DNA of 64,000 nt from Candidatus Iainarchaeum sp. (GTDB taxonomy: Archaea; Iainarchaeota; Iainarchaeia; Iainarchaeales; JAAZKV01), in the NCBI GenBank assembly GCA_028702895.1, contig JAQVNZ010000002.1:9296-73295 (forward strand). Reading direction: 5' to 3'. The notes beneath the pieces were generated by a model. It did no database searches. It saw nothing but the letters and a program-made list of their open reading frames with translations, and had not been told where the DNA came from. This document shows positions 30,671-40,929 of this stretch, one piece after another. The position numbers and the translations under genes are program-made. Each line of letters begins with the position of its first letter. The stretch's first letter is position 1.

Positions 30671-30832
30671 CTAATCAAATTTTTTGAAGCCTAGCCTTTC
30701 AGCATTTTGCTTAAAGCATCTCCTACACAGTCCTATTTTATATTTACTAATCAATCCTTTTTGTGATCCGCACATTTTACACTTTGGTTTTCTTTTTGCG
30801 AATTTTTCAGTAATTTCTTTTTTTGGATTCAT
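30671..30832 (-). CDS. rps14: 30S ribosomal protein S14 (Zn-type)
   Basis: Manual translation: CKMCG..GLISKYKIGLCRRCF..LGFKK; absent from ORF track. Confidence 0.95.
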   Translation of the reverse strand: MNPKKEITEKFAKRKPKCKMCGSQKGLISKYKIGLCRRCFKQNAERLGFKKFD

Positions 30833-31323
30833 AGTAATTCAACTCCGATTTCTTTAACAAAATTCATTGCTTCTTCTTTTGTTACTTTTTGTTTTTTTCC
30901 TATTTTTTTATTCTTAATTTTTCTAACTTTTATTCTGTATCCTAGTTTTTTTAATGTTACTAGAACATCAAATCCTAATATTCCTAATTTTGGGTCATAT
31001 TTTATTCCTGGTAAATCAATATGTTCTTTTATCCCAAATCCAAAATTTCCTTCTTTATCAAAACTTTTTGCTTTGATTTTATTTTCTTTTGCTTTTAAAG
31101 CTTCTTTTAAAAATGTCATTGCTTTTTCTCCGCGTAGGGTTATTTTTAATCCTAGTGGCACTCCTGGTCTTACTCCCCAATCTGGGATTCTTTTTATTCC
31201 GTGTGTTTTAATGGGTTTTCTTCCAGTTATTAATTTCATTACTTGTTCTCCGCGTTTCATTTTTTCAACGTCAGATCCAACGCCCATGTTGATCACAATT
31301 TTTTCTAATAATATTTTCTGCAT
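30829..31323 (-). CDS. rpl5: 50S ribosomal protein L5
   Basis: KIVINMGVG, TLRG, GNFGFGIKEHID. Confidence 0.97.
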   Translation of the reverse strand: MQKILLEKIVINMGVGSDVEKMKRGEQVMKLITGRKPIKTHGIKRIPDWGVRPGVPLGLKITLRGEKAMTFLKEALKAKENKIKAKSFDKEGNFGFGIKEHIDLPGIKYDPKLGILGFDVLVTLKKLGYRIKVRKIKNKKIGKKQKVTKEEAMNFVKEIGVELL

Positions 31324-31334
31324 TTAACACACCT

Positions 31335-32039
31335 TTATATTTGAATTTCTTCTTTTCCTTCTCCAATTACAATAATATTTTTTGCTATTGTTTCAAAAAT
31401 TATTCCGTCTTGTTCAAGTTTTACTAATTTTTCTCTTTTTATAGTTGAACTTATTATTTCTTTTATTATTCCTTTTTCAGAACAATGCGAACCTTTTGTT
31501 ATGTATACTATAGCTTTTTCTTTTAATTTTAATACTTTTATAATTTTTCCTTCTGGTAAGTTTATTTTTATTGAATCTCCAATTTTTGCTTCATTATTAA
31601 TAAAAGTTCTTCCATCATTTGTAGTTATTTGTACTTTTTTTCCTAATGCATTTTTATGTTCTACTTTGCATATTTTTTCTTTTAATTCTTCTTTTAAATC
31701 TTTTAATATTAATCTTCCTTTGTTATCTAATATTACCATATAATATAATTTTTGTTTTTCTATTGTGATTGTGTCAAATAATCCTATGCCTAATCTATAA
31801 TCTTTTTTTATTTTTCCATCAATTTTGACTGTGTTGCTTAATAAAATATTTTTTGCTTCTTTTATTGTGCTTGCAATTTTAATATAATCTCGTAAAATAA
31901 TTCCTAATGGGATTGAATTTTTAGCATTGTGTGGTCCTGCTCTTGTTTTTACTACCCAAACTTTTTCTTTTCTATTAACCTTAATTGTTTTTGGTGCATT
32001 TAATGCTTTTAATTTCTTATTTTGTCCTTTTTTACTCAT
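31335..32039 (-). CDS. rps4e: 30S ribosomal protein S4e
   Basis: AGPH, PLGIILRD, DGRT. Confidence 0.96.
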   Translation of the reverse strand: MSKKGQNKKLKALNAPKTIKVNRKEKVWVVKTRAGPHNAKNSIPLGIILRDYIKIASTIKEAKNILLSNTVKIDGKIKKDYRLGIGLFDTITIEKQKLYYMVILDNKGRLILKDLKEELKEKICKVEHKNALGKKVQITTNDGRTFINNEAKIGDSIKINLPEGKIIKVLKLKEKAIVYITKGSHCSEKGIIKEIISSTIKREKLVKLEQDGIIFETIAKNIIVIGEGKEEIQI

Positions 32040-32395
32040 TTTTTCACACTCTTATATTTTTTTAATCTTTTTTTATCGCTTGTGTCTAATTCTCTAACAC
32101 TTATTTTTGATGGGTCTATTGCAGCTTCAAATTCTGTTCCATCACTTTTTTTATTAACTATTTTTTCAATAAAAATTTTTCCTTTTTTTCTATTTAAATT
32201 TATTATTTTTCCTTCTTTTCCCTTAAATTTTCCTCTAACAATTTTAACAATATCGTTTTTTCTTAATGGGATGCTTCTTGTTCCAAGTTCTTTTCTTAAT
32301 CTTTCACTTAAATGGCCTGCTAGGCTTTTTGCTTTAATGTGCATTGGTGCAGTAATTGCATCTTTTCTTGTTTTTCTTGGTTTGCTTGATGTCAT
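32036..32395 (-). CDS. rpl24: 50S ribosomal protein L24
   Basis: PRKTRK, APMH, VRGKFKG. Confidence 0.96.
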   Translation of the reverse strand: MTSSKPRKTRKDAITAPMHIKAKSLAGHLSERLRKELGTRSIPLRKNDIVKIVRGKFKGKEGKIINLNRKKGKIFIEKIVNKKSDGTEFEAAIDPSKISVRELDTSDKKRLKKYKSVKK

Positions 32396-32405
32396 TTTAT
32401 CCCTC

Positions 32406-32804
32406 TTATATTACAACTGATGCCATTCCGGCTATTTTTGGATATCTTTCTCCAACTTCTTTTGCAACGCAACCTTTGATTTCTGATGCTTTTGGTAATC
32501 CATCTGCGTCAACTAATACAACTGCGTTGTCTTCAAATTTAACTCGCATTCCATTTGACCTTCTGTATGCTTGTTTTGTTCTAACTATTACTGCTTTTTC
32601 TATTTTTCCTCTCATTTCAGGTTTACCTTTTCTTATAACTACATTTACCATTGAACCAATTCCAGCTTTAGGATTAGCTCTTTTCTTATTATGGTATTTA
32701 AATACTGATATAATATAAACTTCTTTTGCTCCGCTATTATCCGTGCAAGTAGCATAACTCTTCAAAGTCAAAGCTTTGTTATTTTTTATACTTATTGCTC
32801 TCAT
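32406..32804 (-). CDS. rpl14: 50S ribosomal protein L14
   Basis: DNSGAK, FEDNAVV. Confidence 0.97.
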   Translation of the reverse strand: MRAISIKNNKALTLKSYATCTDNSGAKEVYIISVFKYHNKKRANPKAGIGSMVNVVIRKGKPEMRGKIEKAVIVRTKQAYRRSNGMRVKFEDNAVVLVDADGLPKASEIKGCVAKEVGERYPKIAGMASVVI

Positions 32805-33130
32805 TTTTTTTCACCATTTAATATTTCTAATAATATAAAATTTTTGGTTTTACTAATTTTTCTTGTTTCGCCTATTCTAACTTTATCTCCTTCTTTAACA
32901 ATCATTCCTTCTGGAACATGTGCTTTTATTTTTGAAAATACTTTTTTGTATCTTTCATATTTTGAAATATAATGTGTTATTTCTCTTTTAACAGTAATTG
33001 TTTTGCTTGCTTTTGCTGATGTTACAATTCCTTCGAATACATTTCCTCTTACTGAGTATTCTTTCTTTTTTAATACTGGTTTTTGTTGTATTGTAACAAC
33101 TTTTTCTGTTTTATTTTTTTTCTCAACCAT
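32801..33130 (-). CDS. rps17: 30S ribosomal protein S17
   Basis: VRG, KYERY, ETRKISKTK. Confidence 0.96.
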   Translation of the reverse strand: MVEKKNKTEKVVTIQQKPVLKKKEYSVRGNVFEGIVTSAKASKTITVKREITHYISKYERYKKVFSKIKAHVPEGMIVKEGDKVRIGETRKISKTKNFILLEILNGEKK

Positions 33131-33139
33131 AAATTTCAC

Positions 33140-33406
33140 CTATTTAATTCTGTTCTCGGGTTTTTTTAAAATCATTTTTCCATCAACAATAATTTTTTCG
33201 TTTAAATCAAATTCAAAAATACATTCTTTTTTTGGAATTATTTTTTTATTCTCCAAAATAAATGTGTTTTTTGTTTCATCAATTATTTTTCCATTGATTC
33301 CGATTTTTTTTGGGTCTGAGCTTTCAACAACTTTAACATTCAACCCAATTAATTCATGGTATAAAATGTTTTCTTTGTTAATCTCATAATTTTTCCCGTT
33401 TATCAT
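33140..33406 (-). CDS. rnp1: Ribonuclease P protein component 1 (Rpp29/Pop4)
   Basis: HELIGL, GKIIDETKN, PENR. Confidence 0.94.
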   Translation of the reverse strand: MINGKNYEINKENILYHELIGLNVKVVESSDPKKIGINGKIIDETKNTFILENKKIIPKKECIFEFDLNEKIIVDGKMILKKPENRIK

Positions 33407-33414
33407 TTTTCCCC

Positions 33415-33717
33415 CTACATTTCAATTAAACTTTCATTATATCCTTTCATAATCAAAAACTTTTTTACTTTTTCTTTGTGATCTCCTTGTAATTCTATAA
33501 TATTTTCTTTTACTGTTCCTCCACAAGCAAACTTGTGTTTCATTTCTTTTCCCAATTCTTTTACTAATATTTTTTCATTAATTCCACTTATTATTGTTAA
33601 TAATTTTTTAAATCTAATTTTTTTTACACTTATTCTTATTTGTTGTTGTCCTTTTGTTATATTTGTTATATCAAATAAATCTTTAGGTAATCCGCTGATT
33701 TTATCTATTTCTTGCAT
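33415..33717 (-). CDS. Translation initiation factor SUI1 (aIF1)
   Basis: ACGGTVK, IELQGDH. Confidence 0.95.
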   Translation of the reverse strand: MQEIDKISGLPKDLFDITNITKGQQQIRISVKKIRFKKLLTIISGINEKILVKELGKEMKHKFACGGTVKENIIELQGDHKEKVKKFLIMKGYNESLIEM

Positions 33718-33922
33718 TGCTTGCCCCCTTTTCGTTTATCTCGGTAAATAATCTTGCAATATCTTTTCTAATTTTTTTTATTTTCCCCGGATTTTCACTT
33801 TTTGTTCCTGATGAAATTGTTGCTCTTTCTTTTGCTAATTCTTGTTTTAATTCAATTACTTTTTGTTGTAATTCTTGGGCTGTTAAATTATTTAATTCTT
33901 TTTTCTTTAATCTCATAATCAT
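33701..33922 (-). CDS. rpl29: 50S ribosomal protein L29
   Basis: ENPGKIKKIRKDIAR; start overlaps rps3 stop (TGATG). Confidence 0.94.
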   Translation of the reverse strand: MIMRLKKKELNNLTAQELQQKVIELKQELAKERATISSGTKSENPGKIKKIRKDIARLFTEINEKGASNARNR

Positions 33923-34791
33923 CACTTTTTAATTTTATTTTCTTCATTATGTTTTTCTTTTTTTGTTTTTTCGTTGTTTTCTTTAACTTCTTCTTTGATG
34001 TTTTCTTTTTTTGTTATTGGTTTTTTTTCACTTGTTTCTTCAACTTTTACTTCTTTTATTTCAGCTTTCTTTTTTTCTTGTATTTTTTCAGTGTCTTTTT
34101 TTGCTTCATCTTTTGTTTTTTCTTCAGTATTTTCTTTTTTTGTTTCTTCTTCTTTTTGTTCTTTTGCTTCTGCTTTTACTTTATTAATATTTGCTATAAC
34201 TTTATTAACATCAATTTTATCTGGGAATATTACATCTGGGTGTATTATATTTAATTTTATCCCGATTGCACCAATTTTTGGATTTGCTGATGCTTTTGCT
34301 CTATCAACAAGTTTTGCTTGTTCGCCAATTTTTTTCATGTACCCTATTGCAATTATTTGCTTTCTTTTTCTAGCACCTTTTGCTCCTAATGCTCCTTTGA
34401 ATACTAATTCTACTCCTTGTGCTCCTGAATCCATTATGTCTTTAACTACTCTAAATGAAACACTTCTCCATGAAAATCCTTTGTTTAACATTGAAGCCAT
34501 TTTTTCAACAATAATTTTTGCATTTAAATTTGGTTTTTTAACTTCTTGTATTTCTATTTGCGGATTATCAATATTATATTTTGTTGCTATAACTTCAGTT
34601 AACATTTTTATTGTTGAACCGCTTTTTCCAATTGCTAATCCTGGTTTTGCAACATGTAATACTATTCTTGTTACTAATGGTGTTTTTATTATTTCTAAAT
34701 GACTAAATCCTGCTCTATCTAATTTTTTAGTTAAATAATTTTCTAATTCCATTCTATTGTAATTTTTTTTAATAAATGTTCGTTCAATCAT
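33922..34791 (-). CDS. rps3: 30S ribosomal protein S3 with Lys/Glu-rich C-tail
   Basis: KPGLAIGKSG, GAQGVE. Confidence 0.96.
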   Translation of the reverse strand: MIERTFIKKNYNRMELENYLTKKLDRAGFSHLEIIKTPLVTRIVLHVAKPGLAIGKSGSTIKMLTEVIATKYNIDNPQIEIQEVKKPNLNAKIIVEKMASMLNKGFSWRSVSFRVVKDIMDSGAQGVELVFKGALGAKGARKRKQIIAIGYMKKIGEQAKLVDRAKASANPKIGAIGIKLNIIHPDVIFPDKIDVNKVIANINKVKAEAKEQKEEETKKENTEEKTKDEAKKDTEKIQEKKKAEIKEVKVEETSEKKPITKKENIKEEVKENNEKTKKEKHNEENKIKK

Positions 34792-34802
34792 TTTTTCACC
34801 TT

Positions 34803-35276
34803 TTATGCTTTTACTTCAGAAACAATAATTTCTATGTGTGTTGCATTTATTCTCCTTGTTTTTCCGCCTATTTTTCCTTTGCTTTGATGACTATATCTTG
34901 TAATTCCTTTGGATGCAAAAGCATTTATTATATTTAATTTTTCTGCATCAAGTCCTTTATTATCCGCATTATTTTTTGCTAATTCTAATAAATCTAAAAA
35001 AATATTAATTGTTTTTTCAGGATATCTTCCTGATTTAACCCCTTTTTTAGCATCTCCTTTTCTATGTGCAACATTACTATTGTATCTTTTTAATGGTAAA
35101 TATTCTTCGTGGTTTTCTATTCTTTTTAACCATGCAATCATTTTGTTTACATATAATCCATTTATTTGATTACAAATTTCTGTAGAATATTTAAGTGATA
35201 TGTTCGCGTTTGTTATTATCGCTCTTGCAGTTTTGCTTTCCTTTCCTACTTCTGCTTGATAATTTTTTTTAGCCAT
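34803..35276 (-). CDS. rpl22: 50S ribosomal protein L22
   Basis: GRYPEK, NNADNKGL, THIEI. Confidence 0.96.
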   Translation of the reverse strand: MAKKNYQAEVGKESKTARAIITNANISLKYSTEICNQINGLYVNKMIAWLKRIENHEEYLPLKRYNSNVAHRKGDAKKGVKSGRYPEKTINIFLDLLELAKNNADNKGLDAEKLNIINAFASKGITRYSHQSKGKIGGKTRRINATHIEIIVSEVKA

Positions 35277-35287
35277 ATTTATTCACT

Positions 35288-35680
35288 TTATCCTCTTGCT
35301 GTTATTGCAGTTGAGCTCTTTGTTGCTCCGATTCCTGCTTTACCGTGTTGTAATCTTTTTCTTGTAAAAACAAATTCTCCTAAATAATGTCCTAACATTT
35401 GTTCTGTTATATCTAATAATTCAAAACTATTTCCTCTATAAACTGCAAATCTTACTCCAACCATTTCTGGGATTACTATTAAATCTCTACTATGAGTTCT
35501 AATTGGTTTTGCTTTTTCATTACTCTTCGCTTTTACTATTTTTTTGATTATGTGTTTATCAAATCCTTTTTTTAAACTTCTTCTAGATCTTGAATCACAT
35601 AATTCTGCGAATTCAGTAATTGGCATTTTGCTCAATTCTTCCATTGTTTTTCCTTTAAAAGTAAATTCTTTTTTAGCCAT
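35288..35680 (-). CDS. rps19: 30S ribosomal protein S19
   Basis: RTHSRD, MLGHYLGEF, GIGATKSS. Confidence 0.97.
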   Translation of the reverse strand: MAKKEFTFKGKTMEELSKMPITEFAELCDSRSRRSLKKGFDKHIIKKIVKAKSNEKAKPIRTHSRDLIVIPEMVGVRFAVYRGNSFELLDITEQMLGHYLGEFVFTRKRLQHGKAGIGATKSSTAITARG

Positions 35681-35692
35681 AATTACACCCAG

Positions 35693-36403
35693 TTAGTTTT
35701 TCTTTCTCCTTCCAGTTCTTCTTGAAGCAATTGCTCCAACTTTTCTTCCAACAGGCGCATTTCTTGCAGTACTCTTAGATTTTCCAGGGTGATGTTGTGC
35801 TCCACCAAATGGATGATCTACAGCATTCATTGCAACTCCGCGAACACTTGGCCAAAAAATCTTTTTAGCTTTCATTGCGAAATATTTTGTTCCTGCTTTA
35901 ATAAATGGTTTTTCTTGTTTTCCTCCACAAGAAACATTTCCTATTGTTGCTCTAACGCTTAATGGTAATGTTAGCATTTTTCCTGATGCTAATTTTAATG
36001 TAACTCCTTTTTTATCTTTTGAAATTATTAGGGAATATGTTCCTGAACTTTTTGAAATTGTTCCGCCATCTCCTAAAATTCTTTCAATATTAAAAACTGG
36101 GCATCCTTCAGGTAATTCGCCGATTGGTATAACATTTCCTAATTCTATTTTTGCACCTGGTCCTTGTTCTATTTTTTGTCCGATAAATGCTCCTTCTACT
36201 GCGATTATTTGTTCTTGTTTTCCATTATTAAATTCTACTGTTTGTATTATTGCATTTCTTCCAGTGTCTTTTATAAAATCAATTATTTGGCCTTTTAATA
36301 ATTCTTCAGTTTGTAAAATGTATTTAGATTCTATTCCTTTTAATTTTGCTTTGAACGTGTTTGTTCCTCTTCCTCTTCTTTGACTGTATAATCTTTTTCC
36401 CAT
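35693..36403 (-). CDS. rpl2: 50S ribosomal protein L2
   Basis: QRRGRG, VRGVAMNAVDHPFGG. Confidence 0.97.
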   Translation of the reverse strand: MGKRLYSQRRGRGTNTFKAKLKGIESKYILQTEELLKGQIIDFIKDTGRNAIIQTVEFNNGKQEQIIAVEGAFIGQKIEQGPGAKIELGNVIPIGELPEGCPVFNIERILGDGGTISKSSGTYSLIISKDKKGVTLKLASGKMLTLPLSVRATIGNVSCGGKQEKPFIKAGTKYFAMKAKKIFWPSVRGVAMNAVDHPFGGAQHHPGKSKSTARNAPVGRKVGAIASRRTGRRKKN

Positions 36404-36426
36404 TTTAATCAACCGTTAAATATTAT

Positions 36427-36813
36427 TTATAATACTCCTAATTTTGTTGCTAGGTCTTGTGCCTTAAATTCTTTTTTTAATTTTATTACTGCTTTTTTTC
36501 TTCCTTTCATATCTCTTACAATATTTATTTTTTCTATTTTTATTGAATATGCTTTTTCAATTATTTTTTTAACGTCTTTTTTTGTTGCTTTATCTGCAAC
36601 TATAAATGTAAGCTTGTTTTCTGTATCAATCATATTAACTGCTTTTTCTGTTACTAATGGATATAATACTACATCTAAATCTTCTAAACTTAAATTATTT
36701 TTAACTGGTTGTTTAACTTTCAAGTTTTCTTTAATGATTTTTTCTTCAATTACTTCTTTTTTGTTTTCTTCTTGTTTTTTTTGTCTTTTTTCTTGTTCGT
36801 TTAATTTAACCAT
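36427..36813 (-). CDS. rpl23: 50S ribosomal protein L23 with N-extension
   Basis: PLVTEKA, NKLTF, KKAVIKL. Confidence 0.95.
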   Translation of the reverse strand: MVKLNEQEKRQKKQEENKKEVIEEKIIKENLKVKQPVKNNLSLEDLDVVLYPLVTEKAVNMIDTENKLTFIVADKATKKDVKKIIEKAYSIKIEKINIVRDMKGRKKAVIKLKKEFKAQDLATKLGVL

Positions 36814-36827
36814 TATTTTTCACCGAT

Positions 36828-37739
36828 TTATTTTTTAACTTTTTTTTGAACTTTTGGTTCTTCTTTTTTTATTGTTGGCTTTTCTTTTTTTGTTATTGGT
36901 TTTTCTTCTTTAATTGGTTTTTTTTCAACAATCTCTTTTTTATTTTCTTTTTTTATTAAAGCTTCAATTGCACTTCTTGTCCAAACAACTAATCTGCCTG
37001 CTTCTGCTCCAGGTGCTAATAATTCAACATTTAATGATGTTACTGTTACTGAATCTACTCCTGGTAAATTCCTTGCAGCTTTTAAAACTGGTTTGTTTGA
37101 ACCTGTTATAATTAAAACACTTTTTTTAACTTTTTTTGTTCTTCCTCGAGCTTTTCCTTTTCCAGCTCTTTTTCTAATTTTTGATTTTGCGTTTCTTAAA
37201 TCATTTCCAATTTTTAATTTTTCTAATATTTCTGTTAATTCTTTTGTTTTCTTAGTATTCTCAAAAGCATCTTCAATTACTATTGGTAAATCATTTTCAA
37301 CAATAAATCTTTTTTCTACTAATTCTTTCATTGCAGTTGTTGCAATTGCACTTTCTAATGCAAGTTTTCTTTCTTTTTTATTAATTTTTTCTTGTATAAC
37401 TTTCCATGCTTTTGGAGCATTTGGTGTTCGTCCGCCAACAGACTGCGCTACTCTTCCAACTCTACCTGATAATAATACTTGCCTATTTTTTGTTCTAGGT
37501 AATCTTGCTTTATTTGTGTTAATTGTTCTTTTTGGTGTTGGTAAGCCTCTTGTACCAATATATATTGCGGTTGTTTTAAATCCAGCTCTTTGATCTGCAC
37601 CTTTTGGTTGTATTTTTGCAGTTTGCATTGCAATTACTGATCTTTTTATTAAAACTGGTTTGTATTCAGTTTCAAAAACTTTTGGTAATTCAATACTGCT
37701 TTTACTTGTACCATCCAAATCAAATACTTTTGTTTTCAT
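36828..37739 (-). CDS. rpl4: 50S ribosomal protein L4
   Basis: ARLPR, VGGR, RAGKGKARGR, NLPGVD, LAPG. Confidence 0.96.
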   Translation of the reverse strand: MKTKVFDLDGTSKSSIELPKVFETEYKPVLIKRSVIAMQTAKIQPKGADQRAGFKTTAIYIGTRGLPTPKRTINTNKARLPRTKNRQVLLSGRVGRVAQSVGGRTPNAPKAWKVIQEKINKKERKLALESAIATTAMKELVEKRFIVENDLPIVIEDAFENTKKTKELTEILEKLKIGNDLRNAKSKIRKRAGKGKARGRTKKVKKSVLIITGSNKPVLKAARNLPGVDSVTVTSLNVELLAPGAEAGRLVVWTRSAIEALIKKENKKEIVEKKPIKEEKPITKKEKPTIKKEEPKVQKKVKK

Positions 37740-37759
37740 AATAATCAAATTTCCTAAAA

Positions 37760-38758
37760 TCATTTTACTAAAATTCTTTCAACAGTGTCAAGTTTTAATC
37801 CCGATTTTTTTTCTGGTCTTTGACTTTTTCTTATTGAAATACATCTTTTACTTACGCCAGGTATTGATCCTGCAATAATAATATATTTTCCTTTAATAGT
37901 TCCATATCTTGTATAACCACTTTTTCCATTAACATCTTTTATTTCATCAGAAATTTTTAAAATTCTTTTATTATATTCAGTTCTATTGTGGTATCCCATT
38001 TGTCCTGCTCTTGCTACAGTGAACATTACTGTGCTAGGATTCCATGGACTAATACTTCCAACAATTCTTCTTTTCTTTGCTTTTGGTCTTTGTTGTTTAA
38101 TACCAAATCTTTTTATTACTCCTTGAAAACCTTTTCCTTTTGTAACTGCTCTAATGTCTAAAAAATCTTTTTCTTTAAAAACTTCTTCAATATTTATTTC
38201 TTTTCCAAGAACATCTTTAGCATAATTTAATTGTTCTTCTTTTTTGCCACCAATATTAATTTCAACTATATCTGGTTTCTTTTTTAATTCAATTGAGTTT
38301 GGTTGTGTATTAACTAAAAGTGTAAAGTATTCTATTTGTTCCATTTGTTGTTGGAAATCCTGGATAGAAAATTTTTTCTCTTCTTCTTTCTTAACTTTTT
38401 TTGAAACAGGTTTTTTAAAATTAGGTATTTTTCTATCTAATTCTTTATCAAATTTCTCGCTTAAAACATCATTTAATACTTCAAAACCAATTTCTGCTTT
38501 AATATAGGCTCTAATCCCTAAAACTTTTATTGGGGGACATTCAACGATTGTTGCAGGCATATAAACTGTTTGGCCAAAAGTTGGACTTCCTTTATGCGTG
38601 TTCTTTCCAACAACTTGTGTCATTCCTGCTTTGTAACAAATAAAACTAAGTGCTTTTGCTTCATTTCCGCTAGCTTTCATGCTAGGAGTTTGTTTTTTTG
38701 CACGAACTCTAGGGTAAAAGGCCATTGATCCTTTTCTTGATGCGTTATATTTTGCCAT
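37760..38758 (-). CDS. rpl3: 50S ribosomal protein L3
   Basis: YKAGMT, TKGKGFQGVIKRF, RAGQMGYHNRTEYN. Confidence 0.97.
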   Translation of the reverse strand: MAKYNASRKGSMAFYPRVRAKKQTPSMKASGNEAKALSFICYKAGMTQVVGKNTHKGSPTFGQTVYMPATIVECPPIKVLGIRAYIKAEIGFEVLNDVLSEKFDKELDRKIPNFKKPVSKKVKKEEEKKFSIQDFQQQMEQIEYFTLLVNTQPNSIELKKKPDIVEINIGGKKEEQLNYAKDVLGKEINIEEVFKEKDFLDIRAVTKGKGFQGVIKRFGIKQQRPKAKKRRIVGSISPWNPSTVMFTVARAGQMGYHNRTEYNKRILKISDEIKDVNGKSGYTRYGTIKGKYIIIAGSIPGVSKRCISIRKSQRPEKKSGLKLDTVERILVK

Positions 38759-38796
38759 TTAATTCACTTTATATAATTTTTATTTTTTATGATTTT

Positions 38797-38876
38797 TGTA
38801 CGTACCAAAATGAAATTCGATCAAACTTTTGTTTGATATGGTATTTACTTTCGCGTACCAGCGAGAGCAGTGTACT
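38797..38876 (-). promoter_or_regulatory. Putative structured 5' leader of the L3 operon
   Basis: Stems UGCUCUCGC/GCGAAAGUA, UACCA/UGGUA, AUCAAAC/GUUUGAU between TATA (38932-39) and rpl3. Confidence 0.5.
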
Positions 38877-38997
38877 CAATATTTTGTTTTTTAACAAAAC
38901 ATTATTTATAATTATTTTTTCCAAAGAAACCTTTATAAATCAAACTATATTGTTGTTTATTTTTGTTTCACTGTTTATTTTTATTTTGTTGTTTGTT

Positions 38998-40929
38998 TTA
39001 TTCTTTCTTTATTGTATTTTTTTGAGTTTCTTTTTCCATCCAAATTTCCCTATCAGGGTCTGCCGTTTTTGTTGATTCTGTTACTATTACTATTATTGCA
39101 ACTAATATTAGTGCTAAAAAAATTATTCCTATTAATGATGGGTTAATTCCAAACGCGAATAAGCCCATTAAATTATTTTTTGATTCGTCTAAATAAATTG
39201 TTTTTTCTAATCCTTCAAAAACAAATTGAATACTTCCTTTAATTGGTTTGTTTAATTCTACTATTATTTCAGTAAAACTTTCGCCTGTTGGTATAGTAAT
39301 AATTTTGTCGTTGATTATTTGATTTTCTAAATTTGTTTTTAATACTCCTGTGAAAATCTTGTTTGTTGGATTATTAAAATTAATTCTAATTATTTTGTTA
39401 TTTTGGTCAACAATTATTGTTGATTCCATATTAATACTAGTAACAATTCCCGTTACGGTATTATTTACTTGAACCATTTTTGAACTAACGTCACAACCCT
39501 CAATCATGGGTCTAAAAGTAATATTTGTTGTTTTTTGGTTTGTTCCTATTGTTAATTTATTTGATATTGATGCGTTGCTAGGTAATACAATCATGCTTTG
39601 TGATAATTGAGCATTTCCTTCAAGGTAAATAGTTGCTTTTTGTCCAGTGTTGTTTGTTATAGTATAATCCATGGTTCCTGCGTTTTGTATTTGAATATTT
39701 GAAGGAACATTAATTGTTAATCCGTTACAATTAGAAAAACCTGTGTTATTAATCCCATTTGTGCTAGTGTCATTTATTGTAACAAAAAACGTTTTATCGC
39801 CTATGTTAGAATAAGAACAAGTTTTTCCATCACTAAATTTCCCTTGTACTCTTAGTACTTGTTCATAACTTTTTGTGCTAAAGGCGTTATTTGCTATTAA
39901 TTCTAAATAAATGTTTGCGCCATTTCCTGGGAAAGCGTATTGTTCAATATAAAATGGTTTTATGTTTAATCCTGAGTCAATTATTTCTACCTTTGTTATT
40001 TCAAATCTTTTAGTACTTTTATTTTCTAAATAAAATATTTCTTTTGTTGAAGTATTTTCGTTTATTTCAATATTTCTTGTACTAATTCTTATATCATTAC
40101 ATTCTGAACTAGAATCTTGATAATCGTTAGATTGGCCGGTTTCTCTTACTGTCGTTTGAAAGGTTTGTCTTCCTATTTGTGTTTCGCTACAATTAGTTTC
40201 GCCTAATTTTCCTGATATTGCAAATGTTCCGCTAATTGTTTGATTGGTTGATACGCTTGCGGCTCTTAATGTAACATTAACATTTTGATTAGAGTATTTT
40301 CCAATATAATTAGAATAATCAGCACTTCCTGATGCGATTAGTGAATTCGTAAAATATATTCTTAAATTATTTAATTCGAAATTTTTCCCAGTATTATTTT
40401 CTATTCTAAATGTTTTTGTTGTGTCTCGCCCCTCATCTATAGTAAAATCATCTACTATTAATTTTATTCCAGAACAAGAATTATCTTCTACATCAATATA
40501 CGCTTCTCTTAATTCTAATTCGTTTGATCCTTCTAAAATTATTCCTTCTATCTTGTATCTATTATAGTTTGAATTAACACTAAATTCATTATACCATGTA
40601 AAAGAATAATCATCTTGGGTCAAAGTTGCACTTTTTGTAGAAGTGGTTCTAAATAGAGTCCAATCATTAGTGTTCTCATTCCACCTATATATTTTTGTTT
40701 TAGCACTAATGTTGCTTGCACAATTTCCTGATGAACTATTTATTTTAAAAGAAATTTTTAAATCAATTGAGTCATTATTTTCTGCTAAAAGAGTTTCTAA
40801 ATAATCGCCATCTCCGGCTACTCTTAATCCTAAATTAATATTACTCAAATTTATTGAGCAAGCACTAACCATGCTAGTTAATGCGATTAAAAAAAATACT
40901 ATTCCTATAAATTTAATTTTTGTATTCAT
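38998..40929 (-). CDS. Secreted, C-terminally membrane-anchored surface protein with tandem Cys-paired Ig-like repeats
   Basis: Sec signal (..VSA|C), ~3 repeats of C..I...I.E.....F.IEN.T, GLF + TM + charged tail. Confidence 0.8.
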   Translation of the reverse strand: MNTKIKFIGIVFFLIALTSMVSACSINLSNINLGLRVAGDGDYLETLLAENNDSIDLKISFKINSSSGNCASNISAKTKIYRWNENTNDWTLFRTTSTKSATLTQDDYSFTWYNEFSVNSNYNRYKIEGIILEGSNELELREAYIDVEDNSCSGIKLIVDDFTIDEGRDTTKTFRIENNTGKNFELNNLRIYFTNSLIASGSADYSNYIGKYSNQNVNVTLRAASVSTNQTISGTFAISGKLGETNCSETQIGRQTFQTTVRETGQSNDYQDSSSECNDIRISTRNIEINENTSTKEIFYLENKSTKRFEITKVEIIDSGLNIKPFYIEQYAFPGNGANIYLELIANNAFSTKSYEQVLRVQGKFSDGKTCSYSNIGDKTFFVTINDTSTNGINNTGFSNCNGLTINVPSNIQIQNAGTMDYTITNNTGQKATIYLEGNAQLSQSMIVLPSNASISNKLTIGTNQKTTNITFRPMIEGCDVSSKMVQVNNTVTGIVTSINMESTIIVDQNNKIIRINFNNPTNKIFTGVLKTNLENQIINDKIITIPTGESFTEIIVELNKPIKGSIQFVFEGLEKTIYLDESKNNLMGLFAFGINPSLIGIIFLALILVAIIVIVTESTKTADPDREIWMEKETQKNTIKKE

